This document shows, piece by piece, positions 47,281 through 58,200 of a DNA stretch of 64,000 nt; position 1 is the first letter of the stretch; every line of letters begins with the position of its first letter. The stretch covers positions 5,348-69,347 of the forward strand of contig SIAO01000007.1 in NCBI GenBank assembly GCA_009691765.1. Reading direction: 5' to 3'. The translations under genes were made by a program, and so were the position numbers. This DNA is from Planctomycetota bacterium (lineage in GTDB: Bacteria > Planctomycetota > GCA-002687715). A model generated the notes under the pieces. It was not told the DNA's origin, made no database searches, and worked only from the letters and a program-made list of their open reading frames with translations.

Positions 47281-50238
47281 ATGAGCATGTCCGACAAGCT
47301 CTCAATGCGTTGGTTCGTGGTGCTATGCGCTGTAGCTCTTGCAGGTTGGGCAACGGCATCCAACTGGCCGTTGAACTACGGCATCGATTTGATGGGTGGG
47401 ACGACGCTCACCTACAGCGTCGATCCACAAACCGTGCGCGCTCTCGTGGGCGCGGGCGGCAACCAGCAGCAGGCCATCGATGAAACCATCGAGGTGATCT
47501 CCACGCGCATCGACACCCTCGGTGTGCGCGAACTCACGGTGCGCCAAGAAGGCGGAGACGGCATCGTGTTGCAGTCGCCGAACCTGTCGCGCGAAGAAGC
47601 CGATGAGATCCGCCGCCGCATGGTGCAACTCGGACAACTCGAGTTCCCCGTTGGCGTGGGCAAACTGAATCAGCGCAAGAGCAGCTTCGATGTTCCGGGC
47701 AAGACTCCCGGCAGCATCGAGAACTACGCATTCAATGAAGATGAGGCTGAGAAGGCGCGTCAAGCAGCACTCGAAGCTGGCAAGACCTTGGTGGCAATCG
47801 CCAAGGCCGCTGGCAAACCCATCCCCTTGGCCGCCTACCGCGACGGCATGGCCTACGAGATGAAGAACGCCGATGGTCGCGGCGTCGGCATCTTCTGGAA
47901 GCCTTGGACCGCCGGCGAAACAGCGCGGCGCACTGCTGGCGCCAGCGAAGCCGAAGTGCGCACCGCGATGAATGCGGCACAGCGCGGCGAGGACTACAAG
48001 AAGGAACTCATCACCGGTGCGTGGGTGTATTACGACCCTATGTACTACGGCGGCGGTCTGAAGGGATTCACGGGCAAAGACATCGTCAATCCCAAGCCGG
48101 GCAAAGATGAATTTGGCAAACGCACCGTCACCTACGGCATTCACAACGAACGCCAAGGCGATTTCGAAGAGTACACCCAGAAATATGTGAACCAGCCGAT
48201 GGCGCTGGTGCTCAACGACGAGCTCTGGAGCGCACCCACCATTCAAGAAGCGCTGCGTGACAGCGTGCAGATCCGCGGAGGCGGCACCGGTTTCGCTGAA
48301 GAGGAACAAGGATTCCTCGTGAACTGCTTGCAGTCGGGCAGCTTGAAGTTGCGCTTGATTCCTGGCCAAGAAGAGACTATTGCTGCAACACTTGGTACTG
48401 AAGCCGTCAACCGTGGCTGGATGTCAGTCATCCTCGGCGCTGCGTTGGTCTTCGCCTTCACACTGGTGTACTACCGCCTCTCGGGCATGATCGCAGTGAT
48501 CACGCTGATCTTGAACATCGCATTGGTCGTGGCGTTGCTCGCGCTGTTCCGCGCCACCCTCACCTTGCCGGGCATCGCCGGCATCGTGCTTACCATCGGT
48601 ATGGCGGTGGACGCCAACATCTTGGTGTTCGAGCGCATCCGCGAAGAACAAGCCAAGGGTAAAGCTCTCCTTGCTGCTGTGGACGCTGGATTCAATCGCG
48701 CCTTCATCACCATCGTGGACTCCAACTTAACCACGGTGATCACTGCTGCTCTCCTCTACCGCTATGGCGTCGGGCCTATCAAGGGTTTCGCTGTAACGCT
48801 GATGGCTGGTCTCGTGGCCTCGCTGTTCACGGCTGTATTTGTGGCCAAGACAGTGTTCCTCACTTTCCTGCGCAATGGCAGCATTACGCAACTCTCCATG
48901 ATGCGCTGGGTCCCCGAAAACCTCGGCTGGAAGTTCTTGTCAAAGGCACGCATTTGCGTCACCGCATCGGTGATTGCAGTTGTGCTCTCGGTGGTTGCCT
49001 TCGTGGCAGCAGGTGATGCCAAGTACGGCTTGGATTTCACTGGCGGCTATGTGGTGCGCATGAACCTCGAGCAGCCGACGAGCACGGGCGAAGTCTCTTC
49101 TGCACTCGCTGCACTCAAGACAGAGTCCGGCTTGCAAAAGTATCCGCAAGTGGAACCCACGGGCCTCGGCAGCAGCGCTGACGCAACGGGCACCATGTTC
49201 AAGACGCTCGAAGTCCGCATCCAAACTGCAACCAAAGCCAGCCCCGAGGACATGAAAGCCCGCGTCGGTGGCGATCTTGCACAAGTCTTCGCCAGCGACT
49301 TCAACAACTTGAAGAGCGCCACTTTCAATGAAGACAACGGCCAGTGGGACCTGAGCTTTGATCTGAAGAATGCAATGAGCCGCCAGATCGTGGAAGGCCG
49401 GCTCTACGACTTCGCCGATAGCCGCGGCGAACATCCCTATCAGGGCATTGCGATCGATGGTCTGCAATTCAGCACTGATGCCGTCGGTGACGAAGTTGCC
49501 AGCGATTGGCGCATTCAGGTCAACGAAAAGAACTTGCTGAAGCATGAGCTCGTCGGTGACATCGTCACCTTGTTCGGTTCACGCATGCCTCAGTTGGATG
49601 GCAAGCCCAACGAGAATCTCGCCTTCGGCAAGATCTCCTATGTGGGTCCCAACGTCGTAGCCAACTTGAAAAAGCAGGCCATCGTCGCCGTGGTGCTCTC
49701 CCTCATCGCCGTTGTGCTTTACATCTGGATGCGCTTCAAAGAACTGCGCTATGGCATCGCTGCGGCGGTCGCCACCTTCCACGACGCCATCGTCGCCCTT
49801 GGCGCTGTGATTGTCGTGAACAAACTTGGCTGGGTGCATGTGCCCATCAATTTGCCCATCATCGCCGGCTTCCTCACCATCATGGGTTACTCGTTGAACG
49901 ACACCATCGTTCAATTCGACCGTGTGCGTGAAAACCTTGGCAATGTGAAGGGCTCGTTGGCAGACACTATCGACCTCTCCATCAATCAAACACTCGGTCG
50001 CACACTGCTCACTTCGTTGACGGTGTTCATAACCGTGCTGGTGCTGTTCTTGATGAACCGCAACCAAGAATCCGGCATTGAAGGCATCGCCTTCACCTTG
50101 CTCGTTGGCGTGGTCGTCGGGACCTACTCAACGATCTACGTAGCCAGTCCCATCGTTATTTGGATCGACGGTTGGGCCAGCAAGCGCAAGCAAGTTCGTC
50201 ATCAACAATCTGTTAACGCCGCTATCGCCGCAAAGTGA
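47281..50238 (+). CDS. secDF: Fused protein-export membrane protein SecDF.
   Basis: 985 aa. The N-terminal TM is followed by a large periplasmic domain with LGLDLxGG-like NYGIDLMGGTTL. Two RND-like 6-TM bundles carry SecD and SecF motifs (GIAGIVLTIGMAVDANILVFERIRE and MGYSLNDTIVQFDRVREN). Confidence 0.9.
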   Translation: MSMSDKLSMRWFVVLCAVALAGWATASNWPLNYGIDLMGGTTLTYSVDPQTVRALVGAGGNQQQAIDETIEVISTRIDTLGVRELTVRQEGGDGIVLQSPNLSREEADEIRRRMVQLGQLEFPVGVGKLNQRKSSFDVPGKTPGSIENYAFNEDEAEKARQAALEAGKTLVAIAKAAGKPIPLAAYRDGMAYEMKNADGRGVGIFWKPWTAGETARRTAGASEAEVRTAMNAAQRGEDYKKELITGAWVYYDPMYYGGGLKGFTGKDIVNPKPGKDEFGKRTVTYGIHNERQGDFEEYTQKYVNQPMALVLNDELWSAPTIQEALRDSVQIRGGGTGFAEEEQGFLVNCLQSGSLKLRLIPGQEETIAATLGTEAVNRGWMSVILGAALVFAFTLVYYRLSGMIAVITLILNIALVVALLALFRATLTLPGIAGIVLTIGMAVDANILVFERIREEQAKGKALLAAVDAGFNRAFITIVDSNLTTVITAALLYRYGVGPIKGFAVTLMAGLVASLFTAVFVAKTVFLTFLRNGSITQLSMMRWVPENLGWKFLSKARICVTASVIAVVLSVVAFVAAGDAKYGLDFTGGYVVRMNLEQPTSTGEVSSALAALKTESGLQKYPQVEPTGLGSSADATGTMFKTLEVRIQTATKASPEDMKARVGGDLAQVFASDFNNLKSATFNEDNGQWDLSFDLKNAMSRQIVEGRLYDFADSRGEHPYQGIAIDGLQFSTDAVGDEVASDWRIQVNEKNLLKHELVGDIVTLFGSRMPQLDGKPNENLAFGKISYVGPNVVANLKKQAIVAVVLSLIAVVLYIWMRFKELRYGIAAAVATFHDAIVALGAVIVVNKLGWVHVPINLPIIAGFLTIMGYSLNDTIVQFDRVRENLGNVKGSLADTIDLSINQTLGRTLLTSLTVFITVLVLFLMNRNQESGIEGIAFTLLVGVVVGTYSTIYVASPIVIWIDGWASKRKQVRHQQSVNAAIAAK

Positions 50239-50241
50239 CGC

Positions 50242-50730
50242 ATGGACAAACTGCTCGCTGGCCTCATCCTGCTCGGGCTTGCGCTGCTGGTACTCATCGC
50301 CACCATCGTTCATTTCGCCACAAGGCTTGATGGTGATGTGAAGCATGAGCGTCCAGTACTCGAGAGCGAGCCAGATCCCTCCCTGCCCGATGGCGGCAGC
50401 GTAGTGCTGACCATCGGCGGGGGCCGGGAGCTCACTGCGGGTCCCGATGGCCCTGCGCCATTGCCGACGCAGCCGCAGCGCACTCAAGGTCAACTCACCG
50501 GCGCAGAGAAACAAGCGGTCGATGATCGCGGCTACCTGAGCTACACGGTTCAAAAGGGCGACACGCTCTACAAACTCAGCGAGCGCTACTTGGGGAGTGG
50601 TGCGTTGTCTGGGCAGATCATGCGCCACAATCCGGAGCTCGATCGCCCCGAAAACCTACGCACAGGAATGCGACTTCGCATTCCTTTGTGGCTCAAGGAA
50701 CATTCTCCAACGCAACCGCAAGGGCGTTGA
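50242..50730 (+). CDS. Membrane-anchored LysM domain protein.
   Basis: N-terminal TM (LLAGLILLGLALLVLIATIV) and a C-terminal LysM (YTVQKGDTLYKLSERYLG...GMRLRIP). Confidence 0.7.
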   Translation: MDKLLAGLILLGLALLVLIATIVHFATRLDGDVKHERPVLESEPDPSLPDGGSVVLTIGGGRELTAGPDGPAPLPTQPQRTQGQLTGAEKQAVDDRGYLSYTVQKGDTLYKLSERYLGSGALSGQIMRHNPELDRPENLRTGMRLRIPLWLKEHSPTQPQGR

Positions 50731-50813
50731 TGCTTGCGTTGGACAGTGTTGCCGTTCATCGCGTACGATCGTGAGCGTTCCGCAATTCTTGCTGGTCCTG
50801 GGGAGGGCGAGCG

Positions 50814-52001
50814 ATGCCATTCTTGTTGCGGCGGTGCCTCTGGTGTGCCGCTTTTCTTAGTTTTTGCCTGCTTTTGAGTTGCGCCGGAGGTCCGGAAACA
50901 CCCAAGATTGGCAACGGCGCGCATCCTGAAACTCCAGATGCTGCGCGCTTGCTGCGCAGCGGTGACGCTGCGGGCGCACGACATCTGCTGCTCAGGATTG
51001 GAACTCGCACTTGCGCCCAAGAACTGCTGCTCAGTGAAGCTGCTCTCACCTTGAATGACTCGGAGGAAGCGTTGCAATCCGCTCTGCGAGCACGCGGCAT
51101 GGCTGCTAACGATCCACAACTCGTACACATGGCCGATCTTGCCAGCGGAGAAGCATTTCTCGCGGCCAACAGGGCCGAAGACGCTCTCAGCGCTTTCACT
51201 GCTGCTCGAAAAGGCGCTCTGAGCATGCAGGAACGCGACCGAGCGACGGTGTGCTGCGCACGCGCCGAGCTTGCGCGCGGCGGCGTAGAGGCGGCGCGCC
51301 GTCTGCGCAACGAAATCCTGCGCAGCGACATCCGCGAACTCGCCGATCTCGATCGGCGTCTCGCTCTCGTGGAACGCATCAGCGGCCAACCAGCCGCAAC
51401 ATCGAACCGCACGCCAAACACCTCGACAACCAGTGCGCTTGCACGCAGACCACCTGGCAAGGGCATCGCGCCTCCGCCCGTCAACTTGCGCGCATCCTGG
51501 AACGCGCGGCCGATCAAGCTCCGCAATGAGCCCGATCCCATGGGCAAAGTGACGCGCGTCACGGTGCACCACACGGCGGACCCCAATGGTCTGCCTAGCT
51601 CTGCCTTCGTCGAAAACGCAGCGCGTGTCCGGGCCTATCAATCCGCGCATCAAGACACGGAGAAATGGGCGGACATCGGCTACCACTTCATCATCGATCG
51701 TCAGGGGCGCATCTTCGAAGGACGCGAGTTGTGCTGGCAAGGTGCTCACGCGGGCAATGAGCAGGCCAACTTGCACAATGTCGGCGTCGCTCTCATCGGC
51801 GATTTCGAGCGCATGAAGCCCACAGATGCCCAGCAAACAGCTCTCACCACTTTGCTCACTTGGTTGGTGAAGGAGTACTCGTTGCCTTGGCCCGTCATCA
51901 AGGGCCACAATGATGTGAAGCGTGCGCACATGGCCAAAGGCACGACTTGCCCCGGCAAACATCTCGCAACGCTGCTCGCGCAGATCAAGGCCAAAGGCTA
52001 A
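50814..52001 (+). CDS. Lipoprotein N-acetylmuramoyl-L-alanine amidase (Amidase_2/PGRP domain) with an N-terminal TPR-like region.
   Basis: Lipobox LLSCAGG. C-terminal VTVHHTADPNG...GYHFIIDRQGRIFEGRELCWQGAHAGNEQANLHNVGVALIGDFE...TTCPGKHL is the AmpD/PGRP zinc amidase signature. Confidence 0.75.
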   Translation: MPFLLRRCLWCAAFLSFCLLLSCAGGPETPKIGNGAHPETPDAARLLRSGDAAGARHLLLRIGTRTCAQELLLSEAALTLNDSEEALQSALRARGMAANDPQLVHMADLASGEAFLAANRAEDALSAFTAARKGALSMQERDRATVCCARAELARGGVEAARRLRNEILRSDIRELADLDRRLALVERISGQPAATSNRTPNTSTTSALARRPPGKGIAPPPVNLRASWNARPIKLRNEPDPMGKVTRVTVHHTADPNGLPSSAFVENAARVRAYQSAHQDTEKWADIGYHFIIDRQGRIFEGRELCWQGAHAGNEQANLHNVGVALIGDFERMKPTDAQQTALTTLLTWLVKEYSLPWPVIKGHNDVKRAHMAKGTTCPGKHLATLLAQIKAKG

Positions 52002-52005
52002 TCAC

Positions 52006-52511
52006 TCAGGTTTTCAGTTTCTCTGCGACAGCCTGCACACGCTCGAACAAGGCGCGCCACTTTGCACGCTCTGCAGCATCCAACCGTTCATGAGGCGGAT
52101 CATCGCGCGCTGGCGTGAGAATTGAATCTGTGAGGACCACGTTGCAGGCAACTGCTCCGGCCTTCGGGCGGCCAACAGCGCTGCTCTTGCAAGCGTCGTA
52201 CGCAACGAACGGTCTGCCTCGAGCAGGCGCTGCGCTTCTGCTGCGCTGTTCCAGTACCAGGCGGTCGCGACCACGAAAACCGCAGAACAAATGGCGAAAG
52301 CTGCAATCACAACGGCGCGTCGAAGACCTGCCTGATCCGCACATCGGAAGCAAGCTCGCTGCGCAAGACCTTCAGAGCCACGGTGCGCTGCAGCAGCGGA
52401 TCGTGCGCGGCATAGACAAGGCCGTTCCTCCTCGCCCGATGCGGTCAAGAATCTGGAAGCGCCCGATAACCGTAGGCTGCGCCTCTTCGACTTTCGCCGG
52501 AAAGGCTGCAC
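52006..52511 (-). CDS. Hypothetical single-TM protein (weak call).
   Basis: This frame has about 79 % GC3 against about 50 % for the alternative frame (52006..52353). It has one TM helix (AVVIAAFAICSAVFVVATAWYW). No motif recognised; the start is uncertain. Confidence 0.3.
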
Positions 52512-52646
52512 TCAATGCGCCCTCAAAGTGGTCTCGCGGCTTGTCCAGAGTGACTGCTCCGCGGAGAGCCTACCCCGAGGCCCTCCGTGCCTAAGTGCCA
52601 CTCAATGCAAGCGTTGCTTCAGGCCCACGCGCGCACGATTTTACGG

Positions 52647-52676
52647 CTTGCCTTGACGCTCGGTCTTGCGGTAATC
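52647..52676 (+). promoter_or_regulatory. Possible sigma70-type promoter (TTGCCT-N18-TAATCT) upstream of the secreted-protein gene.
   Basis: Hexamers seen at 52647-52652 and 52671-52676. This is a weak, by-eye call. Confidence 0.2.
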
Positions 52677-52820
52677 TCCGGCTGTCGCCTGTTGTCCAAG
52701 CGATCGTCGATTCACGTCCGTGCGGTTTGAGGGCCTCCTGCCAAGTGGCGCTACCCGGACTTATCTTGAATGGTCGACGGATGTCCGTTTTGCACTCTGT
52801 GTTACCCACATCCAAGAAGC

Positions 52821-54572
52821 ACCATGAAAACCTCAACCCTTGTCCTCCTTGCATTCTTAGTGCTGCTCGGCGGCGTTTCTGCCCAGACCATCACCCTTGG
52901 TACTGGAACTATCGTCAACACCGTCAACACCTACCCGACGGCCTACGGAAACTACTTCTGGGGCGCTCGGCACCAATTCCTTATCACTGCTGCTGAACTG
53001 ACCGCAGCAGGCGGTGTGGGCGGTGTGCCTATCATCTCCGCCGGATTCAATGTCGTGAGCTTCACTGGCCAAGCGCACATGAACTACGACATCAAGATGG
53101 GACACACAGCACAAACTGTGATGACCAACTGGGAAGTTGGGCTCACGTGGGTCTACAACGCCGCAAGCTACATGCCTGTTCCCGGCTGGAACACTCACAC
53201 CTTCTGCGCACCGTTCGTTTGGGACGGTGTGAGCAATGTCATTGTGGAAACCTGCCACCAAAACGGCAGCTATATCGCCAACGCAATCGTCAATCAGACC
53301 GCTGGCCTCACCAACCAATCCAAGTGGTGGCGCCAAGACTCCCTGGGTGCATGCCCTATCACGACTCAAACGGGTGTTTCGCTCAACCGCCCAAACATCC
53401 AACTGACCTTCGGCGTTGCTGCTCCTGTTAACTATCAGACCAACAGCTCCGGCGCGAACCTAACTATGGGCACCGCCAGCACGAACGGTTGCATCGCTCC
53501 GATCTTCAATCAGAGCAGCTACACATGCGGTGCGACGATCGTCGGCGCCACTGGCACGATCGCATTCTCCAGCACCGCGCTGGGCATGCCTTGGGACATT
53601 GTGATCTCACCCGCGAACCTACTCTCAGTAACCGGCGGTGCATTGATTATTCCTGCCGGCATCATCAACCTCGACCTGTCACAGCCCTTCGGATTTGTAA
53701 ACGGCTTCTTCGGATCCAATCTCCCAAACTTCACTTTCCCTGGCGTGAGCAGCGTTTCGCTCTCGTGGGGCTACAGCATCTCCGCAACACTGAACACCAG
53801 CATGCAGGCGATGGCAATCAATCCAACGGCGCCAGGCGGTGCCAGCCTCTCGCAACCCGTGGAGTATCACAACACCAACGTCACAAATGGCGTTGCGTCT
53901 TTTGCTGGCCCCATCGGCGATGACACTGGCGTGACCGTCAACCTCACGCAACCGCAGATCTGCTGGCCCTCCGTCACCATGTACGGCACGGTCTACACGC
54001 AGATGCAGGTGATCTCCAACGGCCGCATCATGTTCCAGCCCACTGTGAACACTGACTTCAGCCCCACCATCGCGGAAGCGCAGCTCGCCAGTGTTGGCCC
54101 CTTCGTCGGCTTCTGGACTGACCTAAACCCCACCACGGTAGTGGGCGCACTGATCACCGCCAGCCAGCCTGCGCCGGGCCTCATGCGCGTTGATTACACC
54201 AACATCGCGTACGACCTCGAACCATCTGTCACGATCAATTTCGGTGTCCAATTCGACACCACCACAGGTATGGTGCAACTCGACGGCTTGCTTGGCATCA
54301 ACGCGAATCCGCAAATTGGCTTCCTCGCTACCGCGGACGCGCAGTACTTCGGCATGAGCCGCGGCGCGGGCGCTACCGATGGCGGCACCACCACCTTCGC
54401 AGCCGGTGGCTCAGGCCTCGCAGTGAGCCCAACAGCCATGTGGTACGACTGGTACGGCGCGATTGTCGGCGGCGCAGGCCGCGTTAACTCGCTGAACGCG
54501 GGCACACTGAACACCGTCCTCTTCACCCCCAGCGCCCTCATGGCGCCTAACTACAACTGGGCGGGATTCTGA
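52821..54572 (+). CDS. Secreted T/N/G/S-rich hypothetical protein (about 583 aa).
   Basis: Signal peptide MKTSTLVLLAFLVLLGGVSAQ. Long ORF with coding GC3, many N-x-S/T sequons, no catalytic motif recognised. Confidence 0.6.
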   Translation, partial: TMKTSTLVLLAFLVLLGGVSAQTITLGTGTIVNTVNTYPTAYGNYFWGARHQFLITAAELTAAGGVGGVPIISAGFNVVSFTGQAHMNYDIKMGHTAQTVMTNWEVGLTWVYNAASYMPVPGWNTHTFCAPFVWDGVSNVIVETCHQNGSYIANAIVNQTAGLTNQSKWWRQDSLGACPITTQTGVSLNRPNIQLTFGVAAPVNYQTNSSGANLTMGTASTNGCIAPIFNQSSYTCGATIVGATGTIAFSSTALGMPWDIVISPANLLSVTGGALIIPAGIINLDLSQPFGFVNGFFGSNLPNFTFPGVSSVSLSWGYSISATLNTSMQAMAINPTAPGGASLSQPVEYHNTNVTNGVASFAGPIGDDTGVTVNLTQPQICWPSVTMYGTVYTQMQVISNGRIMFQPTVNTDFSPTIAEAQLASVGPFVGFWTDLNPTTVVGALITASQPAPGLMRVDYTNIAYDLEPSVTINFGVQFDTTTGMVQLDGLLGINANPQIGFLATADAQYFGMSRGAGATDGGTTTFAAGGSGLAVSPTAMWYDWYGAIVGGAGRVNSLNAGTLNTVLFTPSALMAPNYNWAGF

Positions 54573-54789
54573 TCACTCGTACCACGTCGCAGCAACTTCG
54601 ATAGGCGGCGTATCGCAATGACCTCGCCGCATCGGCCTCCGTCCTTCAAGATGGGGGCCGTTCCAGTGAGGCCGTTCTCCAACCGACAAATCCACCGCGC
54701 TTTGGCACGTTGAGGTGCAGCGCTTTGCCTTGACGGCCCTCGCCCCCTTGGTAACTTCCCAACCGCTCGGTGCTTCGGCACCACACCAC

Positions 54790-54861
<72 letters not shown>

Positions 54862-54863
<2 letters not shown>

Positions 54864-54943
54864 CACTCAAGGCCCTGGAGACTCTGGTCTCCGGGGCCTT
54901 GTCATGGAGCGGGTGGTCTGCGCCGCAGGCGCAGCGCGTGGGC
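54862..54943 (+). repeat. 82-bp direct repeat copy 1, starting at the 3' end of tRNA-Gly; contains two GC-rich hairpins.
   Basis: ctcactcaaggccctggagactctggtctccggggccttgtcatggagcgggtggtctgcgccgcaggcgcagcgcgtgggc. Hairpin 1 is GGCCCUGGAGAC-ucug-GUCUCCGGGGCC (12 bp, one G-U). Hairpin 2 is CUGCGCC-gca-GGCGCAG. Confidence 0.7.
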
Positions 54944-55023
54944 TTCGCCCACGCAAGGGACTTGCCGCGCTTCGCGCGGTCAAGTCGCGAACAGTGTCAC
55001 TCAACACAACGCACAACGGCATC

Positions 55024-55105
55024 CTCACTCAAGGCCCTGGAGACTCTGGTCTCCGGGGCCTTGTCATGGAGCGGGTGGTCTGCGCCGCAGGCGCAGCGCG
55101 TGGGC
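55024..55105 (+). repeat. 82-bp direct repeat copy 2, 100 % identical to copy 1; the copies are 162 bp apart start to start.
   Basis: Identical by eye to 54862-54943. An 80-bp unique spacer lies between the copies. Confidence 0.7.
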
Positions 55106-55280
55106 GGTGCATCCCGTTCGCCAAGGCAAAAGTGAGCGCAGGCGGAGCGCGGCTGAGGGGGTGACCGAGCAAGGTCGTTGGAGTGCATCCGACCGATCTG
55201 CGAGGCGCCCCCTCCCGCGCGCAGCCTGCGCGAACCAGCGACCGCGCGAACAACCAAGCCCGGATTCGCGTGTGCAGGTC

Positions 55281-58200
55281 TCAGTTCAGTCGCACTGGCC
55301 AGCCGGGATACGGCACACCAGCTCCGGCTGGATTCGCGTGGCGCGGCCAAGCCTCCACACTAATACTGCGCGTTGTCGCAGCGAGACGAATGATGCCGTA
55401 GCCCGGAGCGCGGTCATGCAGCGCAGTGGGTTCGATGCCCGTAAGTTGCGGATTGGCGAGTGCCATCATGCTGAAGCGGTTGCCGAAGGCATCAGTGAAA
55501 TCACCACAACCACGAGTGGCAGCAGGATCAGTGGGCACAGGCACTTTGGTTGGCATCCAACGCCGCGGCCAGCAATTGGCCATTGAGGGGCTCGTGAACA
55601 CGAACGGACCATCGCGCCAGCCGTCGATACCATATTGAATCAAAGTTCCGAGGTGCTGATCACCACAGAGGTGCAAGGCACCTGCGGCTTGCACCAGCTT
55701 CACAGCTCGCGAACGTGCAGTCATCGGCCAACCGTTGGTGTCCGTATCAGCAGATGGTTCGTCGTCAGCAGGCCATTCGTTCGGCGCAAGCACAGGCAAC
55801 GAAGGCACAACATCATCCGTCTTCCCCTTTGGGAGAGTGTGCGCGGCCACAAACGGACTCTGCGAGATCACGAAACGTGCGGGCGAACCTTCGATGCGCT
55901 TCGTAGCCCACTGCTCGAGAAACGCTTCCTGCTCAGCGCCCAAAAGCCGGGCTAGGGGTGCGTCACTGTTGCGCGGGTCGAACTCCAACGCGTGAAAAAA
56001 ACCGTTGCGCACATCGCCCGCAGGCACATGCACGGTTGCGCTGTCTTTCCACAGCCGGTCCGAAAGAATCGCACAATCGAACGGGCCCCAGACGAGGCGC
56101 GTTGTCCACGGATTCACACCCGATGAGAGTGGTGTCGGCACCACAGTTGGAGGCATGTGGGCGGTTTGCATTCGGTACGACGCGTTCACGAATTCCCTGC
56201 CCATGACAAAGCCGCCAGCGTCGGGCCCTTTCACGGTGCGTGCAGGATCGGTGCCCAGATTCAGCTTGGTGCGAAAGCCACCTGCACCCCAAACATTGCC
56301 CTGATAAACGTCGTGATCGTCGGGAGTGACGATGGCAGGGCGGTCGCGCAAGATGTCTCCAAACGCCCAATGGAAACGCATCCACCGTGTCTGCAAATCC
56401 AAGAGCGCCTGCTCGCCACGCTCGGGTGCACTCACATCACCTTCATAGATCTGATCGCCTCCGAAGATGACGAGATCTGGATCGTGCGCCAGCACATGCT
56501 GCACGATTTCTTGGTGCGGAAACCAAACGCCATGGTGATTCCACGCTCCAGTGACGGTCATGTTGTTCACACAGGAGAGCAAAACTGCACGCGCTTCTCG
56601 ATCCAGCGCTGGTGGAGCTCGCAACATCCCGCTGCGCTCGCATGCCCAAAACATGTTTTCTTCCGCCAGCCAGGTGCCACGCACGCGCCACTCAACACCA
56701 ACCGAGCTCGGCACACTCACCGCTGGGAACACGAGCGTGTTGCTCACCGGCTCGGGCACCGCGAGTGCCACTTCCTGCCACGCATCGCCTTTTGCCACAC
56801 GCAAGTCCAGTCCGAATCGCCCCCACGCAGCCGCAGGCAACGGCGCGAGCTGCACGCTCATTCGCAACAGGTGCGCGCCGGCTTCCGTGCGTTCGATGCT
56901 GTGCAAAGAGCCGAAAATAGGCCCGAATTCGTGCGTGCGCTCGGAATGCAGCCAACCTTTGTCCTGCGAAAAGGCTTTGGTGCCGCTGAACGCAAAAGCC
57001 TCAGATCCGCCGTGTTGCGCCACGAGGCCGTAGCCGCCATCAATGAAACTGCGCGCGAGTGACACGGGCGTAGTGGCAGCAATTTCAACCGCACCGTAAT
57101 GAGCAGAACATTGCACACTGAAGTGTCCATCAGCTTCGGAAGTCACTTTCACTCGCAGTCGAATGGAAGAAGCCTTCATCAACGCAGCAGGAACGACACC
57201 AGGCAGTGTGCGCGCAAGGCAGGTCAACTCTGACAAGCGCACATCTGTCGGCAACGCCCTGCTGGCAGCGCGTATCGCCGTAGAAAAATCAAGCAGTTGC
57301 AAACTGCCATCGGCACAAAGCACTGCAAGCATTCCTCCATCCAAGCCTGGCGCTTGCTGCACCAACGCGCTGATGCGCACATCAATGTGCTCATTGCCCA
57401 CACCGAAGATGAAACCAGCGCAGGCGCTTTCCGCAGCCCCTTGCGACCAGCGCAACTGTGTTTCGAAATAGAGCGGTTCTGCCAAGGCGCCGTTGGCCAC
57501 CACACGCGTGACCAATTGATGCAGCGTCCGAAAAGGCAGCTTCGCGTTGGTGCAGCGCAACTCAGTCCCGACGCGACTCCAGTCTTGCAAACGTGAAGGG
57601 CACCACTGCGGGCCAGCCCAAGTGTGTTCAATGCGCTGCGCGAGCGCGCGATCACGCGCCAAGTTCGCTGCGACGACGGCTTGCAATTCGCGGACAACGT
57701 CGGGATGAGCAGCCTGCACTTGTTGCCGTTCGCCCACGTCGGACTCGATCTTGTAGAGCTCAAGGCCGACTTGCTGCGTGCCGTAGGTGCCTGGCATGCC
57801 ATCCACGCCAGCTTTGCCCACACCTTCAAGACTGCGCGATTCATGCGGCACATGCAGCTTCCATGCCCCACGGCGTAGCGAGCGAAACTTAGGGCCGTCG
57901 TAATAGAACGCGTAGGAATCACTCGGAGAATCCGCGCGCGTTGGATTCAGCAGCAACGGCAGTGCGCTGCGGCCATCGAGCTTCTCCACATCAAGCTGCA
58001 CCCCCGCGATCTGCGCGAGCGTTGGGCAAAGATCTACCGCACCAAACGGCGTATGACACACGGTGCCTTCCGGGATGTGCCCGGGCCAACGCGCGATGAA
58101 CGGCACTCGCACGCCTCCATCGAAAGTTGTGCCCTTGCCTTCACGCAACGGCCCTGCGCTGCCCGAGTGTGTCCCCATTTGCAGCCATGGTCCGTTGTCT

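Noticed and set aside
52006-52353. Alternative 115-aa minus-strand ORF ending ...ERAKWRALFERVQAVAEKLKT.
   Set aside because: GC3 is only about 50 %, against about 79 % for the overlapping 52006..52511 frame, so the longer frame is more likely coding. Neither has recognisable homology, and both are low confidence.
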